The notes: generated from the letters alone by a model not told the origin. A DNA stretch of 64,000 nt from an uncultured delta proteobacterium (GCA_963806225.1 CAWDXG010000004.1:1920001-1984000), one strand, 5' to 3'. Shown: positions 21,544 through 33,544, counted from the stretch's first letter. Program-made: numbers and translations.

Positions 21544-22515
21544 ATGCTTCGTAGATTCCTCGCGCTGGGTGCGCTCGGTGTCGCCCTGTCCGGTGCGGGC
21601 GGGGCCCGGGCCGCGGGCAATTCGGACAAGATGGCCGAGGCCCGCCACCTGTACAGTGAGGCCAAGCAGGCCTTCAAGGACCACAAGTACAAGGACGCCG
21701 CGCTCGGCTTCGAGGCCGCCAGCAAGCTGCACCCGGCCGGAGTCGCCCTGTACACGGCGGCCCAGGCCTGGGAGCTTGCGGGCGACGCGACACGGGCCGC
21801 CGATGCCTACGCCCGCGCGCTCACGACGCCGAAGCTCAGCGACAGCCAGACCGAGCGCGCCAAGAGCCGCCTCGCCGCACTGGAACAGAAGCTCGGGACC
21901 GTCACGGTCAAGGGGCCCAGCACGACCACGGCAGAGCTCGAGGACCGCATCGAGCTGCCTCTGCCTGCGGTCCTTCACGGCAAGCCCGGCGATCATACGC
22001 TGACGCTCAAGACCCAGGACGGCATGACCGAGCAGCGCAAGCTCACGCTCACAGCGGGGCAGCACCAGAGTGTCGACGCGGAGGCGAAGGCGGAAACTCC
22101 TGCCGAGACAACGCCCACCGCTCCCTCGGAGACGCAGAAGAAACAGGTCGACCTCGCGCCGCCCGCGAAGCATCCCGTCGGCGAGGAGTCCGGCGGCTCG
22201 TCCACACTCGAGACCATCGGCTACATCGCGACCGGCGCCGGCGTGGCGGCAGTCGGCGGCGGCGTGCTGCTCGGGCTTTCCGCGAAAGACGCAGCCAGCA
22301 CCTACGACTCGACACCGTCGCAGGCGACCTACGACCACGCGATGGGCCTGCAGACGAAGACGAACATCATGCTGATCGCGGGCGGCGCCGTCACCGCGAT
22401 AGGGCTCGGGCTCGTCATCTGGCAATCGACCAAGGGGCACGAGCACCCCGAGAAGGCAGCCCGGATCGGAGTCACGGCGACTCCAAATGGCGTCTGGGCC
22501 GAAGGGAGCTTCTGA
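21544..22515 (+). CDS. Exported TPR plus PEGA-like protein with hydrophobic C-terminus
   Basis: Signal peptide; EARHLYSEAKQAF...ALYTAAQAWELAG; C-terminal GVWAEGSF. Confidence 0.7.
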   Translation: MLRRFLALGALGVALSGAGGARAAGNSDKMAEARHLYSEAKQAFKDHKYKDAALGFEAASKLHPAGVALYTAAQAWELAGDATRAADAYARALTTPKLSDSQTERAKSRLAALEQKLGTVTVKGPSTTTAELEDRIELPLPAVLHGKPGDHTLTLKTQDGMTEQRKLTLTAGQHQSVDAEAKAETPAETTPTAPSETQKKQVDLAPPAKHPVGEESGGSSTLETIGYIATGAGVAAVGGGVLLGLSAKDAASTYDSTPSQATYDHAMGLQTKTNIMLIAGGAVTAIGLGLVIWQSTKGHEHPEKAARIGVTATPNGVWAEGSF

Positions 22516-24014
22516 TGCGCATGCGGACGATCATCGGTTGGGGCGCCGCGCTGGGCATCGCGGCGGGCTTCGCCGCGTGCAGTCTGAACCTCGACAAGAG
22601 CAAGATAGCCGGACGCGACGGCGGAACGGATACTTCGTCGGGCGGCAGCGCAGCCGGCGGCTCCGGCGGAGGCGGCGGGTCCAGCGGAAACGCCGGCAGC
22701 GGCGGATCGCTGATGGAAGCGGGCAGCGAATGCGACGCCGCTTCGCAGTGCAAGAGCGATGCAGCGTGTATCCAGGGCAGCTGCAACAACGGCAACTGTG
22801 TCTACGACCTCTGCCCCGTCACCCAGGCCTGCACGGCGAGCTCCTGCGATACGAAGACACAGGCCTGTACCACGCCAGCAACCTACGGCTTCAATGCAGG
22901 CGTCATCCCGGTCAACCAGGATCTGGGTTGCGGGAACAGCGCGACCCGGTGCGTCGCGGCGATGGGAGATTTCGTGTTCGTCGGCACTGCGAGCGGGCTC
23001 AAGGCCTGGCAGGTCAACAACCCCAAGGCGCCGGTGAGCATCCCGGTAACCCAGCCGCCCTTCGCAACCAGCATCGCCCGCCTCGTCTCGAACAACAAAC
23101 GCGTGCTGATCCTGGGCCCCAAGACGGGCGGCACTACCTTCAACGTCGCCTGGATCGATCTTCCCACAGAGGCCGCGCCGACGCAGATCCAGACCCACAG
23201 CGTCGGGCTCCAGTTCGCCGACAGCTACAGCGTCGGCTACCCGGCCGATGGCGACAACTTCTTCCTGGTGAAAAACGACCCGGCCGCGTTCTACCCGAGC
23301 GCTCGTGTCGAGCCGCCGCTCAACGACAACGACAACGTCTCCCTGTCGCCCTGCAACGGGCTGCCCAGCGGCGCGGGCATCGTCGGGGCCAGCGGCAAGC
23401 GGTTGATCCAGTTCCACATCGACACGAGCGCCGGGCCCTACCAACCGGTCTTCGGTTTCCAGAACGACGGCGGCACGGCAACGTCCCAGTACGGCGGTGA
23501 CGTGAATCTGTCTGCGGACACCGGGGAGGTGTCACTCGCGAATCGCTTCGAGAGCACCTACAACGGCGGCCTGCTCTGGGCGACGAACGACATCCTGACT
23601 CTCGACGGCGGCACGAAGGTGTCCAAGTCGGTGCTGTTGAAGTGGCCGCTCCTGAACGGAAGCGACACCACGTTCAATGGCAAGCGCTCGGTAGCCATCG
23701 AAGAGTACCCGACCCAATTCAGCTACTTTTCCGCATACTCCGGACCGATGGCGGAGATCGACTCGACCACGGTCCTGGTCACGGCGGCGTATGCGAGCGA
23801 CCCATCTGGGCAAACCTCCGTACGCGCCGTCAAGCGCAGCGGCGACAAGCTGACCGTCTCGCCGGCGCCGCCTTCACCCGGCACCTTCATCGCCGTCCCC
23901 CACACCACCCTCGGTGTCGCGGCAGGACGCACCTTCGGCTACGTGCTCGTGCCGTCGTCGGGCAGCAGCCCGCCCGACACCAAGCTCTACGTCTTCGACC
24001 CGAACTGCAAGTAG
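22515..24014 (+). CDS. Lipoprotein with Gly linker, Cys-rich module and beta-rich C-terminal domain
   Basis: FAAC lipobox; TGATG overlap with the upstream gene. Confidence 0.75.
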   Translation: MRMRTIIGWGAALGIAAGFAACSLNLDKSKIAGRDGGTDTSSGGSAAGGSGGGGGSSGNAGSGGSLMEAGSECDAASQCKSDAACIQGSCNNGNCVYDLCPVTQACTASSCDTKTQACTTPATYGFNAGVIPVNQDLGCGNSATRCVAAMGDFVFVGTASGLKAWQVNNPKAPVSIPVTQPPFATSIARLVSNNKRVLILGPKTGGTTFNVAWIDLPTEAAPTQIQTHSVGLQFADSYSVGYPADGDNFFLVKNDPAAFYPSARVEPPLNDNDNVSLSPCNGLPSGAGIVGASGKRLIQFHIDTSAGPYQPVFGFQNDGGTATSQYGGDVNLSADTGEVSLANRFESTYNGGLLWATNDILTLDGGTKVSKSVLLKWPLLNGSDTTFNGKRSVAIEEYPTQFSYFSAYSGPMAEIDSTTVLVTAAYASDPSGQTSVRAVKRSGDKLTVSPAPPSPGTFIAVPHTTLGVAAGRTFGYVLVPSSGSSPPDTKLYVFDPNCK

Positions 24015-24028
24015 GCGGCCCGCGCCGC

Positions 24029-25096
24029 CTACTGCACGACGATCGTCACGCGCACCCAGCTCGAACCGCCGCGGTTGTCCTGCGCGACCGCCCAGATGTG
24101 CATCGGGCCCTTCTTCTTCGGAGCGCGGAAAGTGGTGCCGTAGTCGCTGTTCCAGCCCTTGGTCGCGTCGTTCAGGAGCCGGACCTGCGACTTGAGCTTT
24201 CCGCCGTCGGCGAAGTAGCGGATCCACATCTGCTCGCTCAGCCCGCTTACCGGATCGTCCTCCTGGTTCACCGTCTTGCTGTGCGGGATGATCGGCTTGA
24301 TGGCGTATTCGGGGCAGGTGCTGTCGCCGTCGCCCGGGCACGCGGGGATGCAGGGGATGGCCTTCTCCGTCGAGTCGCAGGCGATGGTCGGCTTGGGTGC
24401 CGGGCTCTGGCAGTTGAGCTGTTGACCGGGCGCGGGGCTCTGGGGATCCGGGTCGATGCAGGGGCCGCCCTGGTTGATGCGGTCGAGCTCCTGGCCGTTG
24501 AAGCTGACGCCCTGGATGACGGGATTCAGGTTGTCGTACCCGGCGTAGCTGTAGATGGCCGTGTAGCCGGCGACGAAGTCGTCGGGGCCGACCTGCTTGT
24601 TGTTCTTGTCGAAACAGGCGGCCGGGAATTGCTGACCGGCAGGAGCAGGACCCAGCGTCCCCTTGCACGCGGCAAAGAACACGTACGAGAGGCCGTAGGG
24701 CTCCTGCGCGGGGTCCTTGGACGGCGTGTGGCTCGTGATGATGTTGTCGGGGATCCTGAAGCAGAAATCGTTGCCGCCCCAGCTCTTGGACTCAACGTCG
24801 CAATCGGCGGTCAGCACCGGGGCAGTCGAGAGCTGCTTGAAGCAATTGTAGTAGAGGTCTCCTTCCGGATTGTTGCAGCCGGCAAACCACGTGATGTCGG
24901 CCGGGCTCACGCTGCCCCGCGGATCGTCCCACAGCATCGTCAGATGCTCGATGGCGCCCCGCTTGCCGTAGGGCTCGCTCTTCTGCACGGCGAAGATGCG
25001 CAGCGACTGCACCTTGCTCGCCGGATCGAACTGCGGCCCGCAGCCTCCGGCGAGGAGCGCCGCGGCGAGAACAGCGGGAAGAGTCCGGGTGCGCAT
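24029..25096 (-). CDS. Hypothetical lipoprotein coupled to the TonB-dependent receptor
   Basis: Lipobox AGGC; LRIFAVQKSEPY; WAVAQDNRGGSSW; overlaps the receptor stop codon. Confidence 0.75.
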   Translation of the reverse strand: MRTRTLPAVLAAALLAGGCGPQFDPASKVQSLRIFAVQKSEPYGKRGAIEHLTMLWDDPRGSVSPADITWFAGCNNPEGDLYYNCFKQLSTAPVLTADCDVESKSWGGNDFCFRIPDNIITSHTPSKDPAQEPYGLSYVFFAACKGTLGPAPAGQQFPAACFDKNNKQVGPDDFVAGYTAIYSYAGYDNLNPVIQGVSFNGQELDRINQGGPCIDPDPQSPAPGQQLNCQSPAPKPTIACDSTEKAIPCIPACPGDGDSTCPEYAIKPIIPHSKTVNQEDDPVSGLSEQMWIRYFADGGKLKSQVRLLNDATKGWNSDYGTTFRAPKKKGPMHIWAVAQDNRGGSSWVRVTIVVQ

Positions 25097-27897
25097 CAGA
25101 ATTCGCCTCTCAGACCGATGCTGGGAATGATCGGAAGCCCGGTCTGGTAGTTCGACTGGCTGAAGTTGTAGTTGTAGGTGATCGCCTCGACCGCCGCATT
25201 GTTATAGACGTTCTGGATGTCCAGATAGGCGGAGAGCCGCCAGTCCTTGAACTGCCAGCGCTTGTCGACGCGCAGGTCGAGCTGGTGGAACAGCGGCAAC
25301 CGCTTCGCTGTACGGCTTGCCCTGGATCGGCACGTAGGCGCCGGCATCGGCCGCGTAGATGGCCGGCAGGGTGGGCGGCGGGACGACGGGCGTGACGAGC
25401 GAGCCGGAGATGATCCGGAAGCGCGCGCCGAACTCCCAGCCGCGCCCGAGGCGGTAGCTGCCGAGCACCGTGAGGTTGTGGGTCTGGTCGTACTGGAACA
25501 GGTACTCGGGCTGGTCGGGGCCGTTCTTGCGCACGCTGCGCGAGAGCGTGTACGCCAGCCAGCCGAAGAAGCGCTTGTCGGGCTTGTACTTGAGCAGCGT
25601 CTCGAGCCCGACAACGTAGCCCGTGCCCAGGTTGTTGTAGCCGAAGCCCGCCGCCCGAAGGCACGCGCTCCACGAGCTGGCTCATATCCTTGTAGAAGCC
25701 CTCGAGGCTCATCTGGACGTGCTTCGTGAACTCCTGCTCGACGCCGACGTAGTAGTGGATCGCGCGGTTCGAGTAGAGCCCCGGCGTGCCGAACACCGGG
25801 TTCGTCTCCTGGAACTGGGGCGGCTGCGCGAACACGCCCACGCCGCCCTTGATCGTCGTACGCAGGCGCTTGTGCACGCCTTCGGAAGCTTCCTTGTCGC
25901 TGTCGTTCGGCGAGACAATGTCGTAGCGCGCGTTCACGCGCGGGCTGAAATCGGCGTGCCCCGAGTCGCGCGAGTAGTCCAGCCGCGCTCCGGGCACGAT
26001 GCGCAGTCGCCGCGTGGGTTGGAGCTCTCCTTCCACGTACCAGGCCGGACGGAAGGCGGTGCCGCTCGTCGTCGTCTCGAGCGGCGGGCGCGTAGAGAAG
26101 GGGCCTGGATCGGGCTCGCCGGGGCGCGGCGGCGGCGGCGCGCGCACCGACACCTTGTATGGCGCCATGACGAAGTCCATCCCGAAGTTCATCTTGACGC
26201 CCTTCGTCATGCGCCAGCCAAACTCGTTGCGCATGCTGACCGGATAGCTCGTCAGATCGAACTTCAAGCTGCCGATGGAGAAGTTGATCGTGTCACGTCC
26301 CACCGACAGCATCGAGTCGAGCTCGACATCGGGCGAGAGCTGCCCCTTGTACAGCGCCTGGCCGCGCCAGAAGGCCGTACCGAACGTCAGGTTGCCGCCG
26401 AAGCCGGGATCCTCGGCTGCGGGATCCTTGATCAGGATCTCCAGCCTGTCGTCCGAGCCGTAGAAGCGCAGGCTGAGGTCCGAGTCGTGGGTGGGCTTGT
26501 TGTCGGCGATGAGCTGGTAGTCGTAGTAGACGGGCGCGGTCGTCACTCCCGCGCCTGCCTGCTCGAGCACCGGCTTGATCCAGGTGTCGATCCAGCTGCG
26601 GCGCGCGGCGGCGGCGAAGCTCCAGTGCTTGAGCGGGCCGATCGGCCCCTGCAGCAGCAGGCGGCCGTCGATGAGATCGACCTCGGCCATGCCGTGGTAG
26701 CAGCCGTCCTTGTTCGTCGGCTTGCCGTAGTCGCCGGTGCAGCGCGTGTCCGGCGAGCGCAGGCCGGCGTCGACGATGCCGCCCATGACGCGGCCGTAGC
26801 GCGCGCTGAAGTTGCCAGGGTAGAAGTCGATCTTGTCGAGCAGCTCGGTCGGCACGACGCTGCTGAGGCCGCCGAAGTGGTAGATGAGCGGCACGTTGCT
26901 GCCGTCGATGAACGTGTGCGTGTCCTGCGGCGCCGAGCCGCGCACGATGAGCAGCCCCGCGAAGCCCGGCGGGCGCGCCACGCCGGGCAGGCTCTGGATC
27001 GAACGCAGGGCGTCGCCGCCGGTGCCCGGAATGCGGTTGATCTCGCGGCGCTGGAGCGTGCGGCGCGTCACCTCGCGCGGCGGCCGCTCGCCCTGCACCG
27101 TCACCTCGAGCCCCTCGCTCTTCGGCGCCAGGCGGTAGGTCGCTTCCGTCGCCTCGCCCGCCGCGACCTGCTCGGTGTTCTCGACGCCGGTGAAGCCTTC
27201 GGCGTCGACCTTCACCTTGTAGCTGCCCGGCTTCTGTCGCTCGATCTGCCAGTGGCCCTTGGTGTCGGTCGTCAGCGCCTGCTTCGTGCCGTCGGGCGAC
27301 GTGACCGTGACGGTTGCGCCGACGAGCGGCGTCGTGGTGCCCGCGATCTGGATGCGTGCCGCCGAGATTGCCGACCTTCGGCGGCGGAGGCGGCGGCGGC
27401 TGCTTCTCGGGTGGCGCGGGCTTCAGCGTGAAGGAGTACTTGTACAGGATGCGCACCGGAGCCGGCTTGCCGTCGACCGTCGCCGGCGTGAACTCGAACT
27501 TCATCGCGGCCGCCTGCGCCGCCTCGTCGAAGCCATGCCCTGCCGGCTCCGCCACCTCGACGTTCGTCACCTTGCCGGTCGCGTCGATGGTGAGCCGCAG
27601 CACCACGTCGCCCTGGATGCCCTCCTTCTGCGCCTCGGGCGGGTAGGCCGCGTGCTCGAAGTGCTCGAGCTTCGGCATCACGACGACGGGCTTCTTCTTC
27701 TGCTGCGCCGGCTTGGCGGGCTTCACCACGGCGCCCGCGGCGCCGCGTGGGACCGCTCCGGTGCCCTGCTGCGAGTCGTCGGCCTGGGCCCGGGCCGGAG
27801 CGCATACCAGGAACGTCGAAGCAAGCGTCGAAGCGGCCAGAACGGCACGCGCAACGCGGACACCTCTGGCTTCGAGCCTGGCAGTTCTCCCCGGCAT
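25096..27897 (-). CDS. TonB C-terminal domain, carboxypeptidase-regulatory-like domain and TonB-dependent receptor in one protein; about 4 frameshifts
   Basis: YPPEAQKEGIQGDVVLRLTIDATGKV..GFDEAA..FTPA; plug IPGTGGDALRSIQSLPGVAR, FYPGNFSARYG; barrel end LDLRVDKRW..YLDIQNVYN..SIGLRGEF. Confidence 0.85.
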
Positions 27898-28045
27898 CTC
27901 GGGGAACACCGGGTAGCGCGGCCGGCGCGGGGTGACAAGCGGACTCGCCGCGCCGGGCTTATTCGCCCCGGTTGCCAGCCTGGAATCACGCTGATCGGGG
28001 CCGGCCCGTTGAAGATCGACAACAGGCACGCTACTCACGCCAGCC

Positions 28046-28814
28046 GTGAAGATCGCCACCTGGAACGTCAACTCGATCCGCGCGCGGCACGAACTGGTGC
28101 TCGACTGGCTCAAGCGCGCGGAGCCCGACGTGCTCTGCATGCAGGAGACGAAGGTGGTGGATGACGACTTCCCGACCGACGAGCTCATGAGGCTCGGCTA
28201 CGCCGTCGCCATGGCGGGGCAGAAGACGTACAACGGCGTCGCCATCGCGTCGCGCCGACCCATGAAGGACATCGCGGTAGGTCTCCACGACGATGGTCCC
28301 GAAGCGGACAAGCGACTCATCGCCGCGACGATCGACGGGCTGCGGGTGCTCAGCGCGTACGTTCCGAACGGCAAGTCCCCGACCCTACCCGCCTTCCAGG
28401 GCAAGCTCCGTTGGCTCGCGCGCCTGCGCGAGACGCTCGAACGCTGTCCGGCCGGCGAGATCGTGCTGTGCGGCGATTTCAACGTCGCGATCGACGACCG
28501 CGACGTCTACGACCCGGAGGCGATGCGCGGCCAGCTGCACTTCCATCCCGAGGAGCACAAGGCGCTCGCGCACCTGCTCGACCTGGGGCTCGTCGACGCC
28601 TTCCGCCTCCACCACGAGGAAGGCGGGCTGTACAGCTGGTGGGACTATCGCGGCGGCGGCTTCCGCAGGAACCAGGGGCTGCGCATCGACTACGTCTTCT
28701 GTCGGCAAGGCGCTAGCAGCGCACTGTGTGGGAGCCAGCATGGACGTGGAGGAGCGCCGCCGCGACAAGCCGTCCGATCACATTCCGGTAATAGTGGAAC
28801 TTGATCAGCTCTGA
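28046..28814 (+). CDS. xth: Exodeoxyribonuclease III; frameshift near 28700
   Basis: KIATWNVNSIRAR, CMQETK, YNGVAI, YVPNG, GDFN, YSWWDYR, GLRIDY, PSDHIPV. Confidence 0.92.
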
Positions 28815-28956
28815 CGGAAGCCGGTAGGTGCGAGGAATAATCACGACGCGGACCGTGTAGCTGTGCCGCTCCGACTTCCGGAGAAAACCGGGCCCGTCTC
28901 CCTTGCGCCCGGACGCATCGTTCCCTATCGGGGAGTCCCCATGGAGGGTCATAAAG

Positions 28957-29595
28957 ATGAAGACTGCGAAATTCGTTCTCCCGTCGCTCGGCTGCCTGGT
29001 GCTGCTCGCTGCCTGCGGCAAGCCCGCGCAAGCCCCTGAACCGCCGGTCCCCAGCGCCGCACCCGAGGCGCCCAGCGCCGCGCCCGAGGCGCCCGCATCG
29101 GCGGCGCCGGCCGAGTCCGCTAGCGCGGAGGCGCCACCCGCCGCGCCGAAAACGGTGACCGCGAAGATCATGGGGGCGAAGAAATCCAAGCTCGACGGCA
29201 CCATCACGCTCACCGAGGACGCCGACGGCGTGAAGGTCGTGGTCAACGTCGAGAACGCCAAGCCAGGCATGCACGCCACGCACATCCACGAGAAGGCCGA
29301 CTGCAGCGGCAAGGGCTTCAAGACGGCGGGCGGTCACTTCAATCCCGACAAGAACCCGCACGGCCTGCCCACCGCGGAAAAGCACCACCTCGGCGACCTC
29401 GGCAACATGGAGGTCGGCAAGGACGGCAAGGGCACGCTGGAGCTCGAGGTGAAGGGCGCCAACCTCGAGCACGGCGACGCGCACTCGTTCCTCGACCGCG
29501 CGATCATCATCCACGCGAAGAAGGACACCGGCGCACAGCCCGCCGGTGCCGCTGGCGCGCGCATCGGCTGCGGCGAGATCAAGGCCGGCGAGTAG
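28957..29595 (+). CDS. sodC: Cu/Zn superoxide dismutase lipoprotein with Pro/Ala linker
   Basis: LAAC lipobox; HATHIHEKADC, AGGHFNP, HLGDLGN, IIIHA, GARIGCG. Confidence 0.92.
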   Translation: MKTAKFVLPSLGCLVLLAACGKPAQAPEPPVPSAAPEAPSAAPEAPASAAPAESASAEAPPAAPKTVTAKIMGAKKSKLDGTITLTEDADGVKVVVNVENAKPGMHATHIHEKADCSGKGFKTAGGHFNPDKNPHGLPTAEKHHLGDLGNMEVGKDGKGTLELEVKGANLEHGDAHSFLDRAIIIHAKKDTGAQPAGAAGARIGCGEIKAGE

Positions 29596-30716
29596 CTCGA
29601 GTCCAGGCCGGCAGTCCGCCGGCATCCAGCCAGCCGAACGAGCCGTCGATGAGCTCGGGCGGGTCGCCGAGGTCGCGCAGCACGCGCGCGGCCCCGACGG
29701 CGATCCGCCCGCGTTCCAGAAACGACTCCAGCGCGCCGTCACGCTCGAACGCGCGCTGCACGCGCGACAGCGCCGTCAGATACACCAGCTCACGGCCAAG
29801 CCCGCCACCGCGATGCACGCGGCTCGTGATGCGGAGCGCGTCTTCGAGGGCAGCACCGCGCTCGAGCAATAGCTGCGCGGTCTCGACGTAGTCCGCACCG
29901 CGCCGGAGTGCCAGCGCCGCCAGGTGCCGGCGCCCGAGCTCCGCCGAGCGCGCGGCGTCCAGGTATCCGCCACGCTGTTCCAGCAAGAGCGCGCGCCCTT
30001 CCTCGTCGTCCGAGCCGCCCGCCGTGCCGATGCGGTACAGCCCCAGGCGTTCGTGGCGCGCACGCAGCCGCGGCAGCGCGTGGCCCTCGATCTCGTGCAC
30101 CACGATGCGCTCCACGTCGAGCTCCCGGTAGCGCGCGCCGGCCTTCACCAGGATCACGCCATCGCCGGTGGCCGCGGCGCTCGGCAGGTCCTCGCTGAGC
30201 AGTACGCGGAATGGCAGCCTTCGCTGGCCGACGGCCCGCCGCATCGCCGAGAACAGGCTGTGCGGATCGCGCTCGTCGTCGCTCGGCGTGGTCGACGACG
30301 GAGCCTCGACGGTCGCGTCGGTCCAGTCGAGCGCCCACTGCTCGGCCTGCGCGGCATCCAGCCCGGCTCCGATCGGGAACCTGAGCGCAGCGAGATCGCG
30401 GAACGACCCGCTATCGAGCGCTTCGGCGGCGGCCGCTTCGGTGTACAGCTCGGCGGCGCGCGCGGCGTACAGGCCGCCCCAGGGGCCCGCGGCGGCGAGC
30501 TTGTCCACCATGCCCTCGAGCCCCGCGCGCAGCCCCGCAAGCTCGGGAACGCTCGCATACTGCCAGTCCGGCGCCGACGGCTCGTCGCGCTGCCACGCAG
30601 CCTGCACCTCTGCCTGCGCGCGCACGGCGTTCAAGCGGGCGGCAGCGCTCGAGCAGCGCGATCGCGCGCTCGGCACGGCCGAGCAGCCGCTCCAGATCCC
30701 GCCGCAGCACGCTCAT
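29579..30716 (-). CDS. DUF1704-type (QEGLA-motif-like) HExxxH metallopeptidase; frameshift near 30640
   Basis: VVHEIEGH followed by EEGRA; RVHRGGGLGRELVYL; ATGA overlap with the phoH-family stop. Confidence 0.65.
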
Positions 30717-32038
30717 AGCTTGTTCGCCGCGATATTCGCGAGCTCGCTGCGTTCGCCCTTGCGAGCAGGATGTGCCCCACCAACGACTCGCCGTGCAGGC
30801 GATCGGCGGTCACCGACAGGCCGTTGGTCGCGCTATCGACGTAGGGGTTGTCGATCTGGAACGGATCGCCGGTCAGGATGATCTTGGTGCCCTCGGCGCA
30901 GCGCGTGATGACGGTCTTCACCTCGTGCGGCGTGAGGTTCTGCGCTTCGTCCACGATCACGTACTGCTGCGGCAGGCTGCGGCCGCGGATGTAGGTGAGC
31001 GGCTCGACCTGCAGCTGGCCACTGTCGAACAGCTCGTCGAATCCGCCGCGCATGCCGCGTCGCTTGCCGCCGCCGGCCACCAGCAAAAACTCCAGGTTGT
31101 CGAAGATCGGCTGCATCCAGGGATTCAGCTTCTCCTCGATGTCCCCGGGCAGATAACCGAGGTCGCGGCCCATCGGCATCACCGGACGGCTCACGAGCAG
31201 CCGCGCGTACGCGCCCTCTTCCGCCGTGCGCTTGAGCCCCGCCGCCAGCGCCAGCAGCGTCTTGCCGGTTCCCGCCTTGCCGACCAGCGTCACGAGCCGC
31301 ACGGAGTCGTCGAGCAGGAGGTCGAGGGCGAAGCTCTGTTCCCTGTTGCGCGGGCGGATCCCCATCACGCCGTCCCGCGGCGTCCTGAGCGCGCGGATCT
31401 CGCCCTTGTCCGCGTGGTAGCGGCCAAGCGCGGTGCGCGGACGGGCGGCGCTGTCATCGCGCAGCATCACGCTCACGTTGGCGTAGAGCTGCTCGCCTGC
31501 GGGCCGCTCCATGACGCCGCGTTCGAGGAAGCCCTCCAGGTCGGCGGCGGTAACGGCGAGCTCGACCATGCCGGTGTTCAGGTGCTCGACGTCGACGGAC
31601 TGGTTCTCGTACGCCTCGGTGGTGAGCCCCAGCGCATCGGCACGGATGCGCAGGTTCACATCCATCGTCACGAAGATGGTCGGCCTTTCCGGGCGAGGCG
31701 TCGCGCAGATCGAGCGCCGTCTGCATGATGGCGTGGTCGCCGGACTCCGGGTGCAGCGCGATCGCCAGATGCGGCCGCTTCTCCGGCACGTGCACACGCA
31801 GGCTGCCGTCCTCGCCGATGCGCACGCCGCGGGCGAGCGATGCGCCCCGCTCGCGCAGCGCGTCCAGCAGGCGCGAGATGGTTCGCGCGTTGCGGCCGCG
31901 CTCGGTGTTCTCGCGCTTGAAGGTGTCGATCTCCTCGATGACGTAGATCGGGAGGATGAGGTCGTTGTCCTCGAACTTGAAGATCGCGTACGGGTCGTGA
32001 AGCAGGACGTTGGTGTCGAGGACGTAGTTCTTCTTCAT
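30713..32038 (-). CDS. PhoH-family protein (PIN domain plus P-loop ATPase); frameshifted
   Basis: NYVLDTNVLLHDP; GKAGTGKT; LGYLPGDIEEKLNPWMQPI; YIRGRS; DEAQNLT; TGDPFQID. Confidence 0.9.
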
Positions 32039-32274
32039 GTGCTTCCCTGGGGGGGCGCCCCGGATACGCGGAGCGGGTCGCCCGCGATAGCTCCGGCCGG
32101 CGGTGCCTGCAACGCCGGAGGCCGCCGGAGCGTGCCATGCGATCGGCAACGCGCCCTCTGCCGGCTCGCTCGACCGGGCGATCTCCCGTGAATATACAAG
32201 CATTTACGTTCGCGGGCCCGACCCGCGGCCGGCGCGGCTTGACCGGGCGCGGCAGCGCGGGATTGTCTCCGGCC

Positions 32275-33356
32275 ATGTCGCGCTCGCTGCCGCCGTCCAT
32301 CCTCGACCCGTCTACGCTCGGGCTCGCCGTCGTCACGCTGCTCGCCGCCTGCTCGGCCACCTCGCCGCCCAGCCAGTATCCGCCGCCCGGTCCGAGCGGC
32401 GGCCTGCCCTACATCCCCTTCCCGAAGAAGAGCATCTTCGACGAGGGGATCGGCCCGAGCGAATCGGCGGAGCAGCCCGCCGCGGCGGCCAAGCCGTCGG
32501 TCATCTCCGGCGACCTGCCGGACAAGCCCCCAGCGGCGCTGTCGCGCAAGGCGAGCTGCACGGACAAGGTCTGTACGCTCAAGACGTGGCTGCCCGACCC
32601 CACGTTCGCGCAGGAGCGTCGACGGCGGCAAGCCCGCGCCGACAGCGCTCTGGCTGGAGAGCATCAAGAAGGGCAGCACGGTCGTGCTGCCCCGGCAACG
32701 ACCACCTCGACGTGCTCGGCCGTGGATGCTCGCGGGCCGGTGATCGCCAACAGCGACGACGGCAAAGAGGTGCGGAATCTCGACGTGTGGAGCGCGCTGC
32801 GCGTTCCCGGCGCCGGCTGCACGCTACGCGCGAACGAGCGACGCGAAGGTCGCCCTGGCGATCGCAACCGACGAACCGACGCTCGACGCGGCGCTGGCGG
32901 CCGCCAAGGCCAAGCCCTGGAAAGTGCGCTGGCACAAGCGCCCGGGAAAGATCGAGTCGGTCGATCTCGCCAAGGCCAAGGATCTGTGCCTGGGGCGGCG
33001 GCGCCTTCCACGCGCGCCTGGCTTTCGGCGGCGCCGGCGAAATGCGCATCCGCTCCGGCCTCGAGCTCCTGATGATGTCGCCCGACGCGCCCGTGCCCGG
33101 GCACGACCACGCCGACTCCTGGGAAACGCTGGGCGCGCTCGGCGGCGACGCGAGCATGAAGCTCGACGGCAACGACTATCCGGTCAAGCCGGGCTCTGTC
33201 TTCCAGATCCCGAAGGGCGCCAAGCACTCCGTCACGCCCGGCCACGGCGTCCGCTGCTCGCCATCCAGCTCTACACGCCCTCCGGCCCCGAGCAGCGCTT
33301 CGTCAAGCTCGCGGGAGGCAACGCCAAGAAAGCCCGGGCCCGCGAAGCAGAAGTAG
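32275..33356 (+). CDS. Lipoprotein with C-terminal cupin domain; multiple frameshifts
   Basis: LAAC lipobox; VPGHDHADSWETL...PGSVFQIPKGAKHSV; IQLYTPSGPEQRF. Confidence 0.65.
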
Positions 33357-33544
33357 GCGGGCGGGTCCTGGCAGCCGCTCGCGCCGCACAGCGACGGCGC
33401 TACACCGCCGGCCCGGTGCGTCCCCGTGGACCGCACGGGCCCCGCTAGCTCGCGGAATTGCCGGGACTTTTCTCGACCGCTCCGTGCGAACGGGTCCCGG
33501 GAAGAGGGCGCCAACCGCCGCGGAACTACGCTAGATTCGCCGCC

